Source of the DNA: Ophelia neglecta
Taxonomy: Eukaryota
Direction: 5' to 3'
DNA length: 64,000 bases
Assembly (NCBI GenBank): GCA_965285935.1
Contig: OZ260664.1
Coordinates: forward strand, 72,416,001 to 72,480,000
The translations under genes were made by a program, and so were the position numbers. The notes beneath the pieces are model-generated. The model ran no database searches, was not told the origin of the DNA, and saw only the letters and a program-made list of their open reading frames with translations. Positions within the stretch are counted from its first letter, which is position 1, and every line of letters begins with the position of its first letter. This document shows positions 28,501 through 42,100 of this stretch, in pieces.

Positions 28501-30471
28501 ACATGTGAAATAATTAATATTGTTTGCAAAAGTGTAACTACAGTCTTCTTATATGACTATGTTTTCTGGTTGAATTCTATGCCACACGTTATGTTAGAGT
28601 AAACTGTTATTCCAATTCCTTAATCAAAATAAAAGAGGCAGGCCAGAGACTACCTAACCGTCAAATAAAAAGCCATCTATGAGAACACTTTGACCTCAAT
28701 AACACTTGAAGGATATATCATAATATACCGTAACGTGTTTCTAAGAGAGCCTTGTACACCATGGACTTTTTAAAAGCATTGAACACGGACTCGTTTGTTT
28801 CATGGATTAGCTCACATCAGGGGCAGACATTAACTACCTGTCATTGCTAGTGATAATACGTGTTATTTTTTGTATTTGATTTTCGCTAAAAGTTTTTCAA
28901 TTATGGAACCTGAGACTGATATTTCAGTCTGAATGTTGCTGGTGAATTTGGCTGGAATCAATGGAAAGCAAAAAAACATGTTTAGATTTCTACTGGGTAT
29001 CAGCTTTATTTACTGGTCACTATATTAGATTTTTTGAAATAATGGCAATGTCCTGCTTTCAAATATTAAGTGATAGGACTCGATCATTAATTCAATAATG
29101 AACTAACTTTTCAGTAAGGTAAATCAATCAATCAAACAATCGTTTGGTGGGAGCGGTTTATAATATTTCACGGAAACCGGTGCAAGTATTTGCCATCTCA
29201 CGCCATACCCCAACCCCACCCTCCCGTCTTCCCTAGTAAAAGACCACCGCCTAGTTTGTTTCTAGTACTAAAAGTATTACCGCAGTCAAAGCAAGCTAGA
29301 AAATTTGGAAATAAAATATTTACATGTGCACTAAACATAGCAATCAGGGTTGAAAGAAATGCTGTAGGCCTACACCATTTATGTAATCAAAATGCACCAT
29401 TACTCGTAGAAGCAGACATAAATAATAGTGTTTGACTTATTAGGAGATGAATATTTCTGAGATACGCATTATTCAGTGAAAAAAAAAACAGTTTGGAACT
29501 GTGTACAACACTATTTAAGAAAGCCAACATACCCAAGTAATTTTTAGTTTCACCTTGGATTGTTTAAACACATCCAATGTGAACAAATTCTCAACTTAAT
29601 AAATGCTTATACATTACTTTGATTTAAGTCTAGTGTTCCAGCACACGGAGTCAAGGGTTAAGTGGGTCTCTTACATTCCTCGACATTTTTAAGTTCCTAT
29701 CAAGCGTAATAACAGCTTTCTTAGATTTATCAGCTGCTATTCAATTGGTATCATTGTTGATTGTGCTTGATAAAGGGAAAGGTTGATTTATATCTTGTAG
29801 TGTTTATCGACTTTATTCGACTAGCGATACATTACAGTATAATTGTCTGTGCGCCCGACTATGATAAACGGTTCTCCCCTGGGAAATGTGCCATAAAGGT
29901 GTAGACAGAGAATTCTGATAAATGGTGATATCACGCAATATTAAGCATGTGTGTACGCACGCGCTATGAAGATAATGAATTTTCTGCAAAATAAAACATT
30001 CCTAATTAAGGTTTGTCATTTCGATTTTCTCCAAGTTCTTTATTGCATTTATTCCTTTAGTACGGCTTAAGTTGTGGATACAAACTTGTTCAGAAACAAG
30101 AAAGAAGATGCACAAGAAATAGCGCCCAATATGCAGAGTGCCAAGCTCCATTATTCCATGCAGAAAGAACGCACTTTAGTGGAAGGCTATTGAAAAGACT
30201 AGTGGAAGGCACAATAAATGTCCGTGAGGATGTGGCGTACGGGCATTTACTATTAGGGGGGTTGCCAGGGCATACATCCACGTGACAGTTTGCTGCGTGA
30301 CTACAAGGTAATGGGCACGAAGGTCATTCGTGTCTCTATATATGAGGCTTGGTTAATCTCGTTCACAAAATTAATAGTCATGCAAATGTAACATAAATCC
30401 TGTAAGGCGCAACATAAATTGGAATTCGTTCGACGAATTATAAAATCAGATAACGACTCGGATTATAAGGC

Positions 30472-30490
30472 GGGGGGGGGGGGGGGGGGG
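30472..30490 (+). repeat. Poly-G tract (19 G)
   Basis: Directly visible homopolymer. Confidence 0.9.
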
Positions 30491-33398
30491 CGGACAAAAT
30501 AAACGAGGTTGAAAATTGGTAATGTTAAAGATGCATTGTTATATTATGAACTGTTCCCGAATATTTGTAGGAGATCTGACATATATCTATTCATGTGAGT
30601 TTCTGTAAGTCAATCGTACTTTGGCCTTGACAACAAGGGAACGAAGGCTCCATGTATTCGGCGCTGAACTGTCGAAGCGGCGCTGCGAGAATTATTGATA
30701 TAACGATAACCTTACCCACGTCGTATCCGTCCAGGTGAATACAAGAGGGGCAGCGCCAAAGAAACTACCGTAATGCAACCGCGCAAATTAGATATATAAT
30801 ACCTTGATACGACATAACCTGATGAAATTCAGTTTCTCATAGAAACCATTGGAGCAAATACCATTCTGGATGTATCAATAAACTAACACTAATGAATGGC
30901 TAATGCGAGATTAATTAGTTTATTGACTTCAGATTTATTACAAGCGTGAATAGTTATCAAACGTTTTTAAACGTATCCAACAATGAATCCTCAAGGCAAC
31001 TGGAATGTTCATAATTATTGCAAAGCTTTCAGTGGTGTCAGGGGTATTGTCACATAACAATTGTTGTATGACTTAATTTATCATGATGCGTGTATTTTGA
31101 TATAATCTCATTTGTCTTCAAGGGAAAACTAGCAGGCCATGGCCTCAAATACTTGTGCGCCGGTAAATAACCTTTTGTAGGACCTTCCTGTCTCGTTAAA
31201 CCGCCTGATTCATTACTGTCTGAAGAGATGGAAGATGGATCGACACATATTGCCGGACATAAAGTGAACCTGGCAAGCCCTATTTTATGGGATCATGCAA
31301 CAATAAATTGTGTTGCGAGAAAACTACGCGGTAATTACTTGGTATTCTGCACAGCTAACTCGTCCAAATGGACCATTCGTTTGCTCGTAGAGTTGGCAGC
31401 ACGGCTGTTATTGTGAGGGTGGCTGCCGCACACCAGATACGGTGAACTTTAACGTTGGTTTCATCCGCAATATTGAATATTTTGAAGGAGTTATTTCTTA
31501 TTGGGAGAACCGCTGTTTCCTATTCTTCGAAATTGACGGACGATAATGTAGTGGAGCGATCGATATGCCAGCTTGCTGTTCATTAACTGACAAAAGCTTT
31601 ATTCATTACGGCCGGTTTAGGTGCTACCCGGGTCGAGTTTTATTTGGTTCCACCCACGGTTGTTAATGGAATATGTACCATTTTAATGTTTAATTCGCCA
31701 CAAAACGTGAACGAGTCAGTGGCCAGCGTAGGGCAACGATAAATGTGCCCTAGGAGAGGGTATGGGGTTAGTCCATCCATGTGAGGCTTAACTTGGATTA
31801 TTCTCAATAATCACAAGGCCAAATAAGGATAATAACGTCTTCGCATTCTTAAGCAGGAAACATTATATAATTGCATATTTTTGATAGAGCAATAAATGTG
31901 AAAAAAGTGATGTGAACTTTGAAAATGAAAATAAAGCAAAGACGTTGACAGATAGTAATTGCCGATCAGACAGCCCGGTTTTGCGATATTAATCAACATC
32001 CAAGTAGAAATTATTGACGTGTCGTGTTTAAATATTTTATAGATGGGCTTGTCATTACATTACGGAGATATTTTTATTGCTAAAATAGCATTTTTCAGAA
32101 CCGAATGGGCTAACGACTTCCGCTTGACAACATCTCCTATGCGCAATGATACCGGGCCATGTCGTCACCGGACAGTTCTATTCACTAAATAGTTACGACA
32201 GGACGTTTGACACATGACGCCATTTTTCATAGACCCACCGTCCCTTTCAACATATTGATGATTCATTTTTGTTCAATAACGAAGGTACCTGACGATTTGT
32301 TAGATTCAAGTATCCACCTACGTTAGATCTTAGAATTATCAATCACAACCTCGAGGGTGTTTAATGCTTAGATCCATGTTTCTTTAATCAAGAAAACAAT
32401 TTTATCTTTATGTTAATGACAAATTATACTTCCTCTGAACTGTATCTTCAGTTTCAGGCTGCCATAGTTTAAATACTTCGCAGCAGACGAAAACCGCATT
32501 CCTTTTCAGACTAAAATAGCATCACATACTTAATTCGTGGTGCTATTATGTTTATGAGGACAGTTTCTCACAAAGTTTTACATTCATTTGATAGCCTGGT
32601 TCCGTGTATACTCTTCTAGGCCAGACTTGTCGTCGTTTCAGGCTGTCTGCTGACTAGGTTTGATTTGAAATTTACGCGCATCATTGAAACTCTTCACCAT
32701 TCAAGTTCACTCATTGCTAGTGACATCAAATTTTACATATTAATTTGACTTAATTACGTTATTGACCTGTCGATTTATATATTTTTGAGCCTGTAGATGA
32801 TGGCTACTGGTGGTTTTGGACCAATGTGATGAAGAATTATCATTATAAAAAATGTTGGTTCCTTTACTTGTTTCCATTAACTTTTTCCACTAAATTATAG
32901 ACAATTATTTATTGAACCTGCATTTCATTTATTGTGATTTAACACAAAATGATGAAAATAAAACCTGACTAAGCAATACGAACAAGACATTGTAAATCAC
33001 GAAATATTTCATGTGAACGTCAAGTTCTATTTCCCGCATTCAGGTCACCATTATGTGGAATGAAGCAACCTCAATAATCATCAGCCACTATTGATTTCTT
33101 ATTATTCTCCATTCACCTTTCAGTTGACATTTATGTTATTTTTTGTTCCTGTGAGTTTCGTTCTTGTCTTAAGGTTTTCGCGATTTCTTTGTTATCTGCA
33201 CACGATGTATGAATGCCCAGGAAACCTACCCGCTTGTAAGCGTCTTACTTAAAGAAAGAGAACTTTGAAAGACGTTGTAATTGTACCTCATTACAAGTAG
33301 CAATATAGGCAACTGATCTCTTAAAATATCGAACAGACTTATCTCCAGTTTTGCTGTTTCTCAACACCTCTTCGTAGAGAAACAAGCGAGTATGGGAC

Positions 33399-34551
33399 AA
33401 CTACTCTGACATCAGTGAATACTCAGTGAAAAGGAGCAAGCACGTACATAAAACAGTAACAAATCTATAATTGGAGAAAACTTGATAGAAGTTAACATCA
33501 TAATAAAGCTCACTGGATACCTTTAAGTTAACGCTGCTTAGAGGAAATAACATACCATGTTTGAAGCGTTATGAAATCAAGATTTTGTGGCAAATTAGGT
33601 TTCGCGAAAAGAATTCAATTGATTGCATAGCAATCGCAACAGGCGAGGGCCGATCTTTCGTACTAACGCAATGCTCGCGCCTATTTCGCAAGTTATTAGT
33701 GTGATTTGCTAATTTTGTTGATAAGTGTTACTTTTCCAAATGTTTCCAGCCTATAAGGAATTCCATTCTCGAGACTGTACATTTACACTTAGATATGTCA
33801 TATCCTTCATGAAAAAGTGTGAAATGCTGCTGTGTTAGAACAAATTTGAAAGATCGTTGATGGGAACTACAAAACACATGCTGCTAATAACGTTTAACCA
33901 TTTTCCTTTCAAAACCCGACCCATAAGAACCCCCGAGTACTTACGATATTGTCTTTTTTGCATTTGCAGCTGGAAGGCTGCATTGGATAGAGGTAGGGTA
34001 GGGCAAGGGAACAGTGGCCGATGCCCTTTTCTCCTGGCCGTTTATGACGCCACAGATTGACATTTTGACTGTGAAACACTGGCAATGTTATTCTTTATCG
34101 CGCTTTACAAAATGGGAGACATTATATTTTGATCAGGCCTTCAGTTAAAGTGAGTTAAATGTATTGCCGTTGCCTCGTAACGATATCATAGCAGATTAAT
34201 GACGTCATATGTTTCTTTAGATGCCTAATTTCCTCACATAGAAGAAATCTATTTGAAAATGTTCCAAAAAACTATTAACTTCATGCATATGTTGTTCAGA
34301 AGATCCATGGCACCTATTTGCTGCTTAAATTACAATGCTTGGAAATCAATATAACTGAGAAGTATGATTATTTTCTCGGACAAATTTACTTACATAAAGC
34401 GCATTGCACTGCAGCGCAGCAGTTGGACAAACCCACATAATCGATAACATCGCAGTTCGCCACAATTATATCGTCGTAAAAACTACTCTGACATCATTGA
34501 ATACTCAGTGAAAAGGAGAAAACACGTACATAAAACAGTAACAAACCTATA
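33399..34551 (+). repeat. Pair of 71-bp direct repeats (33399-33469, 34481-34551) separated by ~1 kb
   Basis: AACTACTCTGACATCA(G/T)TGAATACTCAGTGAAAAGGAG...CAGTAACAAA(T/C)CTATA; 4 mismatches in 71 nt. Confidence 0.85.
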
Positions 34552-36336
34552 TACCTCTGTAGGTGTGTTGCTATAAAGATAACTTTGCAGTCCTATATGA
34601 ATATTTTTATACATGATATTTAAGGAAAATTGATTGACACAGTAAGCGGCTATGGACGCACAGAATTTGTCAACCAGTATTCCGTATTGCCTCAGAACCA
34701 TGTGTCTCCCTCACCGTCATTACATAACCAATTGTACGAAGTACTTTGAAATTCTGTAACTAACTAATTCCTGGTGTTTGTAAAGCGATTTAATGCCACA
34801 TTCTGGGTAAATGTCTTTACTCTGTATTGTCTGCCGTGTATTGTACTAGTGTTTGTTTCGATAAGCTTTGCTCATGTTTGCACGTGATCTTAGCTTAACA
34901 AATTTGGTAGAGTTTCCACGATGAGGCACAATAGACATTTACCAGAACAATGATGGAAATAAGACACATAGTTTGTGTTCCATTTGCCTTAACTCCTTCA
35001 CCCCATCATAGTCAGCTTTACGACAACAGTTCCTCAGAAGATAGCAATGTTAAAGATATAAAATCTGTAGAGCTACGATAAATAAGAAAATCAATAGGAA
35101 TATAAATCTTCTTCGTGTTGCGCATATTAAACATCAATTATACTACTTTTTTGCCACTAAGTGGTTACGAACATCCAATATGTAACGCACTGCAAGCAAT
35201 GGAAAGCTAGTAGAAAATGAGATAATCGATAATACAAGCAGTTGTTCCGTTTGAAACTAATCCCTTTTTAGAAAATATCGGAGTAGCTAGGTGGACAGCA
35301 TCTATACCAAATCAGAACCAAACATAGAACTTCTACTAAATCGCACCACATGAGCTAAAATCTATAAAATGCAAGATCTAGAAAACCGCTATACTTACTT
35401 TCATGACCAAGAATATGCTTTTCGCCAACTTTAATGGTTAACCACTTCCGGTTCGAAATTGTCAACGGTGCTTTCTGTATGTGAAAAAGACCACAAACGA
35501 ATGGGTACGACGAAGATAAAATATGCCCTAGGAGTTGATGAGATTGGCTCAATAATTTCTATGAAATTTGAGATTACATTAAAGTTGCATTTTGAAATGC
35601 CCTTTGTAAATGATTCAAGAAATTAAGGAAATTTTCTTCATAATATGCGAACTTCAGGTAGATAAACCAATGGGCTATATTTGGTGTTCACAAACTGCCA
35701 CAATGTGCACCTATCATTTGGAGTTTTCTCCATCAATTTGACACGAATTATTAGGCAATTTTCATTCTCCATCCATTCACTCGCGGAGCTAGCGCTGCTG
35801 ACCACTGTTTTTCATTTTAAACCGACAACCCCCTCTTAGGTCAGCATCTCCAACATAAAAAGGAAAGGAAATAAATAAAGAAAACCACTAAGGCAGCTAG
35901 CTAGATTTAACGAGACTATTCTTGTCATGTAAGCAGAACTAATAAACTGCCCGGAAGAAATTACAGCCAAGAAATTTGCAATGCTAGCAATAGTGCAAGC
36001 AATAATGCGAGCAATAATGCATTTTACAATGCATCCAATAGCGAAATGTGATAAAATTTACAGCCTTACAAAGAGCCAATAATGAGGTTAATCATTACTA
36101 AATTAGATGTTTCACGTTAAAACAAGGTTACTGCATATGGGCTGGTTATAATATCTAACATAAGAGAATGCATAAAGCTGAGATGAGGTGAGGGAGGAAG
36201 GCCGGAAGATGTAAGCTATTAGACTTTTAATACGCTGGGAAAAAATCTTAATACTTTTTGTCCATAATAAGCCATTTCTCCTCCATCATGTCCATTACTG
36301 CTGGATCCACCTCGATTTTTTCGGACCCTCAGACAA

Positions 36337-36464
36337 TTCCCAGTAGTCTCTTGGTCACCAGTGAATTATGCTTGCTGTCACACACACTGATTTAGCCTTC
36401 TACTATTGACTTCCCAGTAGTCTCTTGGTCATAAATGAATTATGCTTGCTGTCAAACACACTGA
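36337..36464 (+). repeat. Local duplication, 2 x 54 bp with a 20-bp spacer
   Basis: TTCCCAGTAGTCTCTTGGTCA...TGAATTATGCTTGCTGTCA.ACACACTGA at 36337-36390 and 36411-36464; 4 mismatches. Confidence 0.85.
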
Positions 36465-37484
36465 GTTTGCTTTAAAAAACTGACAATAGCACATGGAAAG
36501 TGAAATATGATGACCACGATGTATGTCAGATTAAGCGGGCACTGAAAAGGTTTGTTTCAGTTCAGCACTTCAAAATTCATTTATACCGATATTTTTCAAT
36601 CATTATTTTTTTATACCAAAATCCAATCGCATATTCAAGATTAGTGTTGAATATTGAGCAATTATTAACAAAATACATTTGACTGGTTTAAACGCAAAGT
36701 GATAACCAGTTTCAGCTGCGCACCACGAAATCATGCCATAAACGTGCTTGTTTAATAGTTTAAAATAATACAAAAGAAATATTTAACTTGTCATAACAAA
36801 TTTTCCTTTCTGCAAAGGAAAGCCCCTTTCCCAATTCAATATATCATGCAAGTATGAAAACAATTCGTGTTATGATATATCTACAAATCCTTCCTTCTTT
36901 GCTTTCCATATTTCCTCAATTTCAATGCAGTACGACACCACCCCAGACCCCTGTACGTAAACCCCCTTTCTAACGTCTAGGAGGCTCGTAATAAATTTTA
37001 GCCGTGTATACATAATGAGCATAATGAATTGTGCATTGACGTAACATGCCCTTTCTCATGAATAACGACCTCTTTATACACCTTAGTTAGATTTATTACC
37101 AGTACATGCTGTCATTATATTAATTATTAACATCCAGTACGTGTTGTTCCGGAAGCCAAATTGGTGAAAAACACTAGGACGAGCCTTAACTTAACCCATT
37201 GTAGTTTATCATATATTTGAATGATGTTGCCCTGCGTGTAGAATTTGGCGTTTAAGTAGGTTTATAAGTCAGTATTGTATCACGTTAATACTTTACTTTT
37301 ATATTCAATTTTGAAAAAACATTTTTTCCGATTCAAGCTGAAACGAAACATGCTAACAAAATATTCAAAATCCAAAGTTAATACTGTTCCGCGAGTATGT
37401 CGAATGTGTACATACATGTTTACTAGAAAAACTGACGTGCTTGCCAGCTAGTGTACCAATAGCTTACTACGCTTTTATGTCACC

Positions 37485-37668
37485 ATAAGTGCTCTCCCAC
37501 ATCATCATCAGGATTGGGACAGCAGTTCCACATATGATGGCAAAGTTTTAAATGTTAACCCTGCCAAGACATGGAAATGAGAAATGAATGAGAATAAATA
37601 TCCATTAACGTTGCCCAGATCAAAACTACAAAACTATCTGCTTTCTTGCCTTTTTTGCCTTAAATTGG
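37485..37668 (+). repeat. Left copy of 184-bp direct repeat (putative target-site duplication)
   Basis: ATAAGTGCTCTCCCAC...GCCTTAAATTGG matches 42882-43065 base for base by eye; it ends 15 nt before the ORF1 ATG. Confidence 0.95.
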
Positions 37669-37683
37669 CAAAGTGGTCTCAAT

Positions 37684-39138
37684 ATGGCGGCTACCAGTGG
37701 CCAAGTCACGGTCGCTGACCTGAATTCTGTCATTATTGATGGTTTGAATCAGAATGTCAAGTCTATTTTGTGTAAATTTGAGTCATCGAGCAAGAAAGAT
37801 ATGATTGAGGAGATCTTAGACCAAATCGATGAGAATATGATGCAGGAATCCAAGGAAATAATAGCAAGATGTGCTGTGGACAAACTTGCACGGACGTGTA
37901 AGGATGTCAATGTTGAAAACTTCGATCCGAGTGTACTAGTGTTGAAAGAGAGGCGGAATGTTGAAACACTGGCGGAAGATCTAGTCAACCTCTTCAAATA
38001 TGCTATGGACCAAACCGAGGATTTCCCACGTACGGCCTTCAGGGATCTCAAGGGCCTAAGTTCGAAGCTATTGCCACGAGGTGAGAAAGATATTTTTAAG
38101 CAATTGAAACTCTCTGACATATCTACACAGCTGAATGAATATATCGCCAAGTCTAACCAGAGGCACAGTGCACAGGAAGATAGGATTGAGGCGACAATAC
38201 AGCAAAACTCTCTACATGTGGAAGCCCTGAAAAAGAGGATAGATAAGCTAGAGGAAGAGAACACTTCTTTGAGGAAGATTATCGGTGATATGGTATGTGG
38301 CAAATCTTGCCAGACCGGTGGTACTGAACTGCCAGCTGACAAAACTGTCAAGGCCGGCGATAACGTTCACGGTATACCTATTGACCCGACATCGCTGGGT
38401 CAAGGAACAATAGCAGAGCAACAAGCCAAGGTTAGTGACCTGCCCGCTGGACTGAACAACGACCAGCTGACAGACGTAAACAAAACGTCAGCTGACAGCA
38501 GTGACCCGCTGGGCACAAACACACGCAGCCAGCCTGGAAGAAGCGTAAATGGGGAAGAAGCTACCAACGAATGGCAAAACGTTGCAAGCAGGCGTCAGAG
38601 AAGGAGAGCTCGACAAGCAGAAAGTGGACAAGTCTCCCCAAAGGTAAAGCATAAGCAGCTGACTCCGACCATGTCACCTAAAGGCCCACCACGCGCCGGA
38701 CGGGCCCTTAAAGGAAGGCTCCCGGAGAAAGGCCTCATGCTCTACCTTGAGCACGTAGCTGTCGAGTTAGATGAAACTGATGCGTCGATCATAAGTGATA
38801 TACGAGGATATGCTGAATGCAAAAACTTGTGTATCCTGTCAGGGAAAGTAGTCAGAAATAAGTGGAATGACCGGTCTGTAGGCTGCAGGATATTTGTCCC
38901 TATCAGTCAGTCCTATGAAGCTATGCAAGATAGTTTCTGGCCTGATAACATCAAATGTCGTAAATGGGAATATCGCAGACGCTACGACACTGAGAACGCC
39001 TCGGGTAACGGTTCCCGTTGGGACTCAAGATACCCATCGCGCCCCAACAATCGGCGGAATGACGAGTACTATGAAGGATCCGAGGACGAACCAGGGTATA
39101 ACACCATAGACTATCACCATGGTTACCAAAGTTACTAG
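37684..39138 (+). CDS. Retrotransposon ORF1 protein (484 aa), putative nucleic-acid chaperone: coiled coil, basic patch, C-terminal RRM-like domain
   Basis: Intact ORF directly upstream of the APE-RT ORF. Heptad-rich segment LHVEALKKRIDKLEEENTSLRKII, basic motif EWQNVASRRQRRRAR, and a C-terminal block LMLYLEHV...GCRIFVP...FWPDNIKCRKW resembling the 'FWP.GI..R.W' end of LINE ORF1 RRM-like domains. Confidence 0.85.
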   Translation: MAATSGQVTVADLNSVIIDGLNQNVKSILCKFESSSKKDMIEEILDQIDENMMQESKEIIARCAVDKLARTCKDVNVENFDPSVLVLKERRNVETLAEDLVNLFKYAMDQTEDFPRTAFRDLKGLSSKLLPRGEKDIFKQLKLSDISTQLNEYIAKSNQRHSAQEDRIEATIQQNSLHVEALKKRIDKLEEENTSLRKIIGDMVCGKSCQTGGTELPADKTVKAGDNVHGIPIDPTSLGQGTIAEQQAKVSDLPAGLNNDQLTDVNKTSADSSDPLGTNTRSQPGRSVNGEEATNEWQNVASRRQRRRARQAESGQVSPKVKHKQLTPTMSPKGPPRAGRALKGRLPEKGLMLYLEHVAVELDETDASIISDIRGYAECKNLCILSGKVVRNKWNDRSVGCRIFVPISQSYEAMQDSFWPDNIKCRKWEYRRRYDTENASGNGSRWDSRYPSRPNNRRNDEYYEGSEDEPGYNTIDYHHGYQSY

Positions 39139-42100
39139 TATCCTGAGTGACCATCCAGTGCCTTTACGTCTAGGCCATTGGAACTGTCACGGTTTCTCGA
39201 GCTCAAAAGGTTATGTAAATGTATTATTAGAATCGTGTGATATTCTAGGTATCAACGAACATTTTTTATACCCGCATGAACTTTACAAGTTAGATAACCT
39301 GACCAAGTCACACTTATGTAGCTCCAAATCCAGTAATACACTAGACATAAACAATTATGGTAAGATTATTGGATGTGGGGGTGTTGCTCTATTTTGGAAG
39401 AAAAGTTTACTTAATGTTCGTCTGTTAAATAACATTACATCTGATAGGATTGTTGGGATTCAAATTGTTGGTAATATGTGTAACAATTTAAGCATATTGA
39501 GTGTCTACTTACCTCAACAGGGCTGTAAAACTCACTCCTTTGAAAGTGTCTTGAATGAGTTACAGGAAATAGTTTTATCCCTAAATGAGACAGGGTCGGT
39601 GATCGTCATGGGTGACCTCAATGTCCAAATTGGCAACCAGTACGGCCCGCGCGGTAGCCCCAATGTATCTCGGAATGGCAGATTTCTGAACGATTTCCTA
39701 GTGATGACAGGCATGGTTCCAGTAGATATATCCGAGCGATGTTCCGGCCCTGTGTACACGTACATGGGTCCGGATGGTTCAAGGACATACATAGACCACT
39801 GCCTTACCTCAGTCACGATAGCACCGCATGTTACACGATGCTGGATAAAGGAGGACGAAGTTGAAATAACATCTGATCATCTGCCCATGCTGCTTGACAT
39901 ATGTACTAATACGTGTGAGAAAATGTTACATGTAGAGGAAGTGGGCCTGACTAGACTGAACTGGCGAGGGATCACAGACCAAGATATAAGTCGTACTTAC
40001 ACATCCAAGGTAGCAAAAGCAATAGAATGTGACTTTGATATACACTTAGGACACGTTACACCCAAACTACTGAGAAGCCAAGACCTTGAAGATTGTGTTG
40101 AAAAACTAACAAATATACTAACCCTTGAAGCAGAAAAATCTATTCCGAAAATACAATATAGGAAATGGTTAAAACCCTACTGGAATGATTGTGTAAAGAA
40201 AGCTAAGAAACATCAACAAGAGCATTTTCAAAAGTGGGTGGAAGCCGGCAGACCACGAGACCCAACGAATCTACTATACCGTAATTATAAAATGGCCAAA
40301 TCAGAATATAGAAAGGAGAGGAGAAGAGCTTGTCATGATCATGACGACCGGGAACAGGAGGAAATTATCAAATCGGGCGAGTTGACACAAGACCATTACT
40401 GGCGACTTGTAAACCAGAGACGTAAGCCGAGGGTGGGATCCAAAGTCAATCTGATCGAAAATGATGATGGTCGCCTCCTCACAGACATTCATGAAATTAA
40501 AGAAGATTGGTGTGAATATTTCCGTAAACTTACCTCGCCTTCTCAGGATGCTAACTTTGTTGATGCATTTAAAGACAGTGTTGAAAGAAAACTGAAAACT
40601 TACCTTACCGAGGATAACCCCGAGGAGTGTGAAGTATTCGGGAAGCCATTCACAGTAGAGGAAACCACGGCAACCGTCAAGCGTGCAAAAATGGGAAAAG
40701 CAGCTGGATATGACAACATGACTGCAGAACATCTAAAGTATGGCGGTGGTAAAACAATGGAAATTTTGACTGCCCTCTATAACGCAATTGTGAAACTGGA
40801 ACATATCCCACGGGCGTTTAAAAGGGCAATCGAGATACCTGTGTTCAAAGGCGGAAACAAAACCCCCCGCAATAAAGACAGCTATAGAAGGATCAGCTTA
40901 TTACCAGTCTTGGGTAAGGTCATGGAAGGTCTTTTGAGACGGAGGCTCGAGGATTTTGCAAAGGAAAAATGCCTCATAAACAGCCTTCAGGGTGCAGCTC
41001 AGGGCAATTGCTCAAGCAAACACACCGCCCTTTTGCTCCGACAGACAGTATACGAACTGCTGGATGAAAATAATGTAGTGCATGTGGCTATGTTAGACTG
41101 TCAGAAAGCGTTTGATAGTGTCTGGGTGAACGGGCTACTTTTCAAGCTGTACGACATGGGAATAAGAGGTGGTAGTCTCCGGTTGATGCGAAACTGGTAT
41201 ACTGACTTTATGTGCTGTGTGAGAGTTGGAAACGGACTATCCGGCTGGTTTAAAACATTACAGGGACTGCACCAAGGAGGACCGCTCTCGATGCTGTTGT
41301 TTTTACTTTTCTACAATGATTTATTTGTTGAGATAACCAGGAGTCATTTAGGAGCACATGTTCTAGGAATGGATATGTCGTGCCCGGGTTTTGCGGATGA
41401 TGTCTCCCTGCTCGCAACCGACCACAGCCGAATGCAGCAGCTGCTTGATATTGCCAGCTTATACAGCAACAAGTGGCGCCTGAAGTATAACGTTAAGAAA
41501 TGTGAGATGCTATGTCTTGGAGCCAAGCAAGATAGCCTCGAAAGCCATGCTTGCTTTCTGGAGCCCGGACAAATACCTGTGAAAGACTGTGCTGTCCACC
41601 TAGGTGTCCCGCTTGCTGTCTCATCACACGCCATGTCGGCGCTCCTCCGTCAGAGGGCAGAGAAGGCTAGTCGGACACTGTGCGCACTCATGGCAGCTGG
41701 GACGTCCCATGGTCTGTTTAATACCAGGACACTATCTAAACTATACTGGTCTATTGTAATACCTGGATTTCTGTATGGATTGGAACTGGTAAACCTGACA
41801 ACTGCGCAGTTGGAGCGCCTGGAAAAGGAGCATAGACGATTCTCCAGGCTTATACAGAACTTGTCACCTAACACCTGCAATGCGGCTGTTTTGGCGAATA
41901 TAGGATGGAGAACAGTAGAGTAATTCCTGGACTTACAAAGACTCAAAGTTATGCGAGATTTGCTCAGCTTTGATTGCGACTGTATCTACAGATCATTGGC
42001 CATTAGGACTCTCTCTAGATACTCAGTTCGAGGAACGTTTGTGGTTGACAGTCCCATCGGACTTATGGTCGAAACATTCTCAAAGTATGGAATCCTTCGC

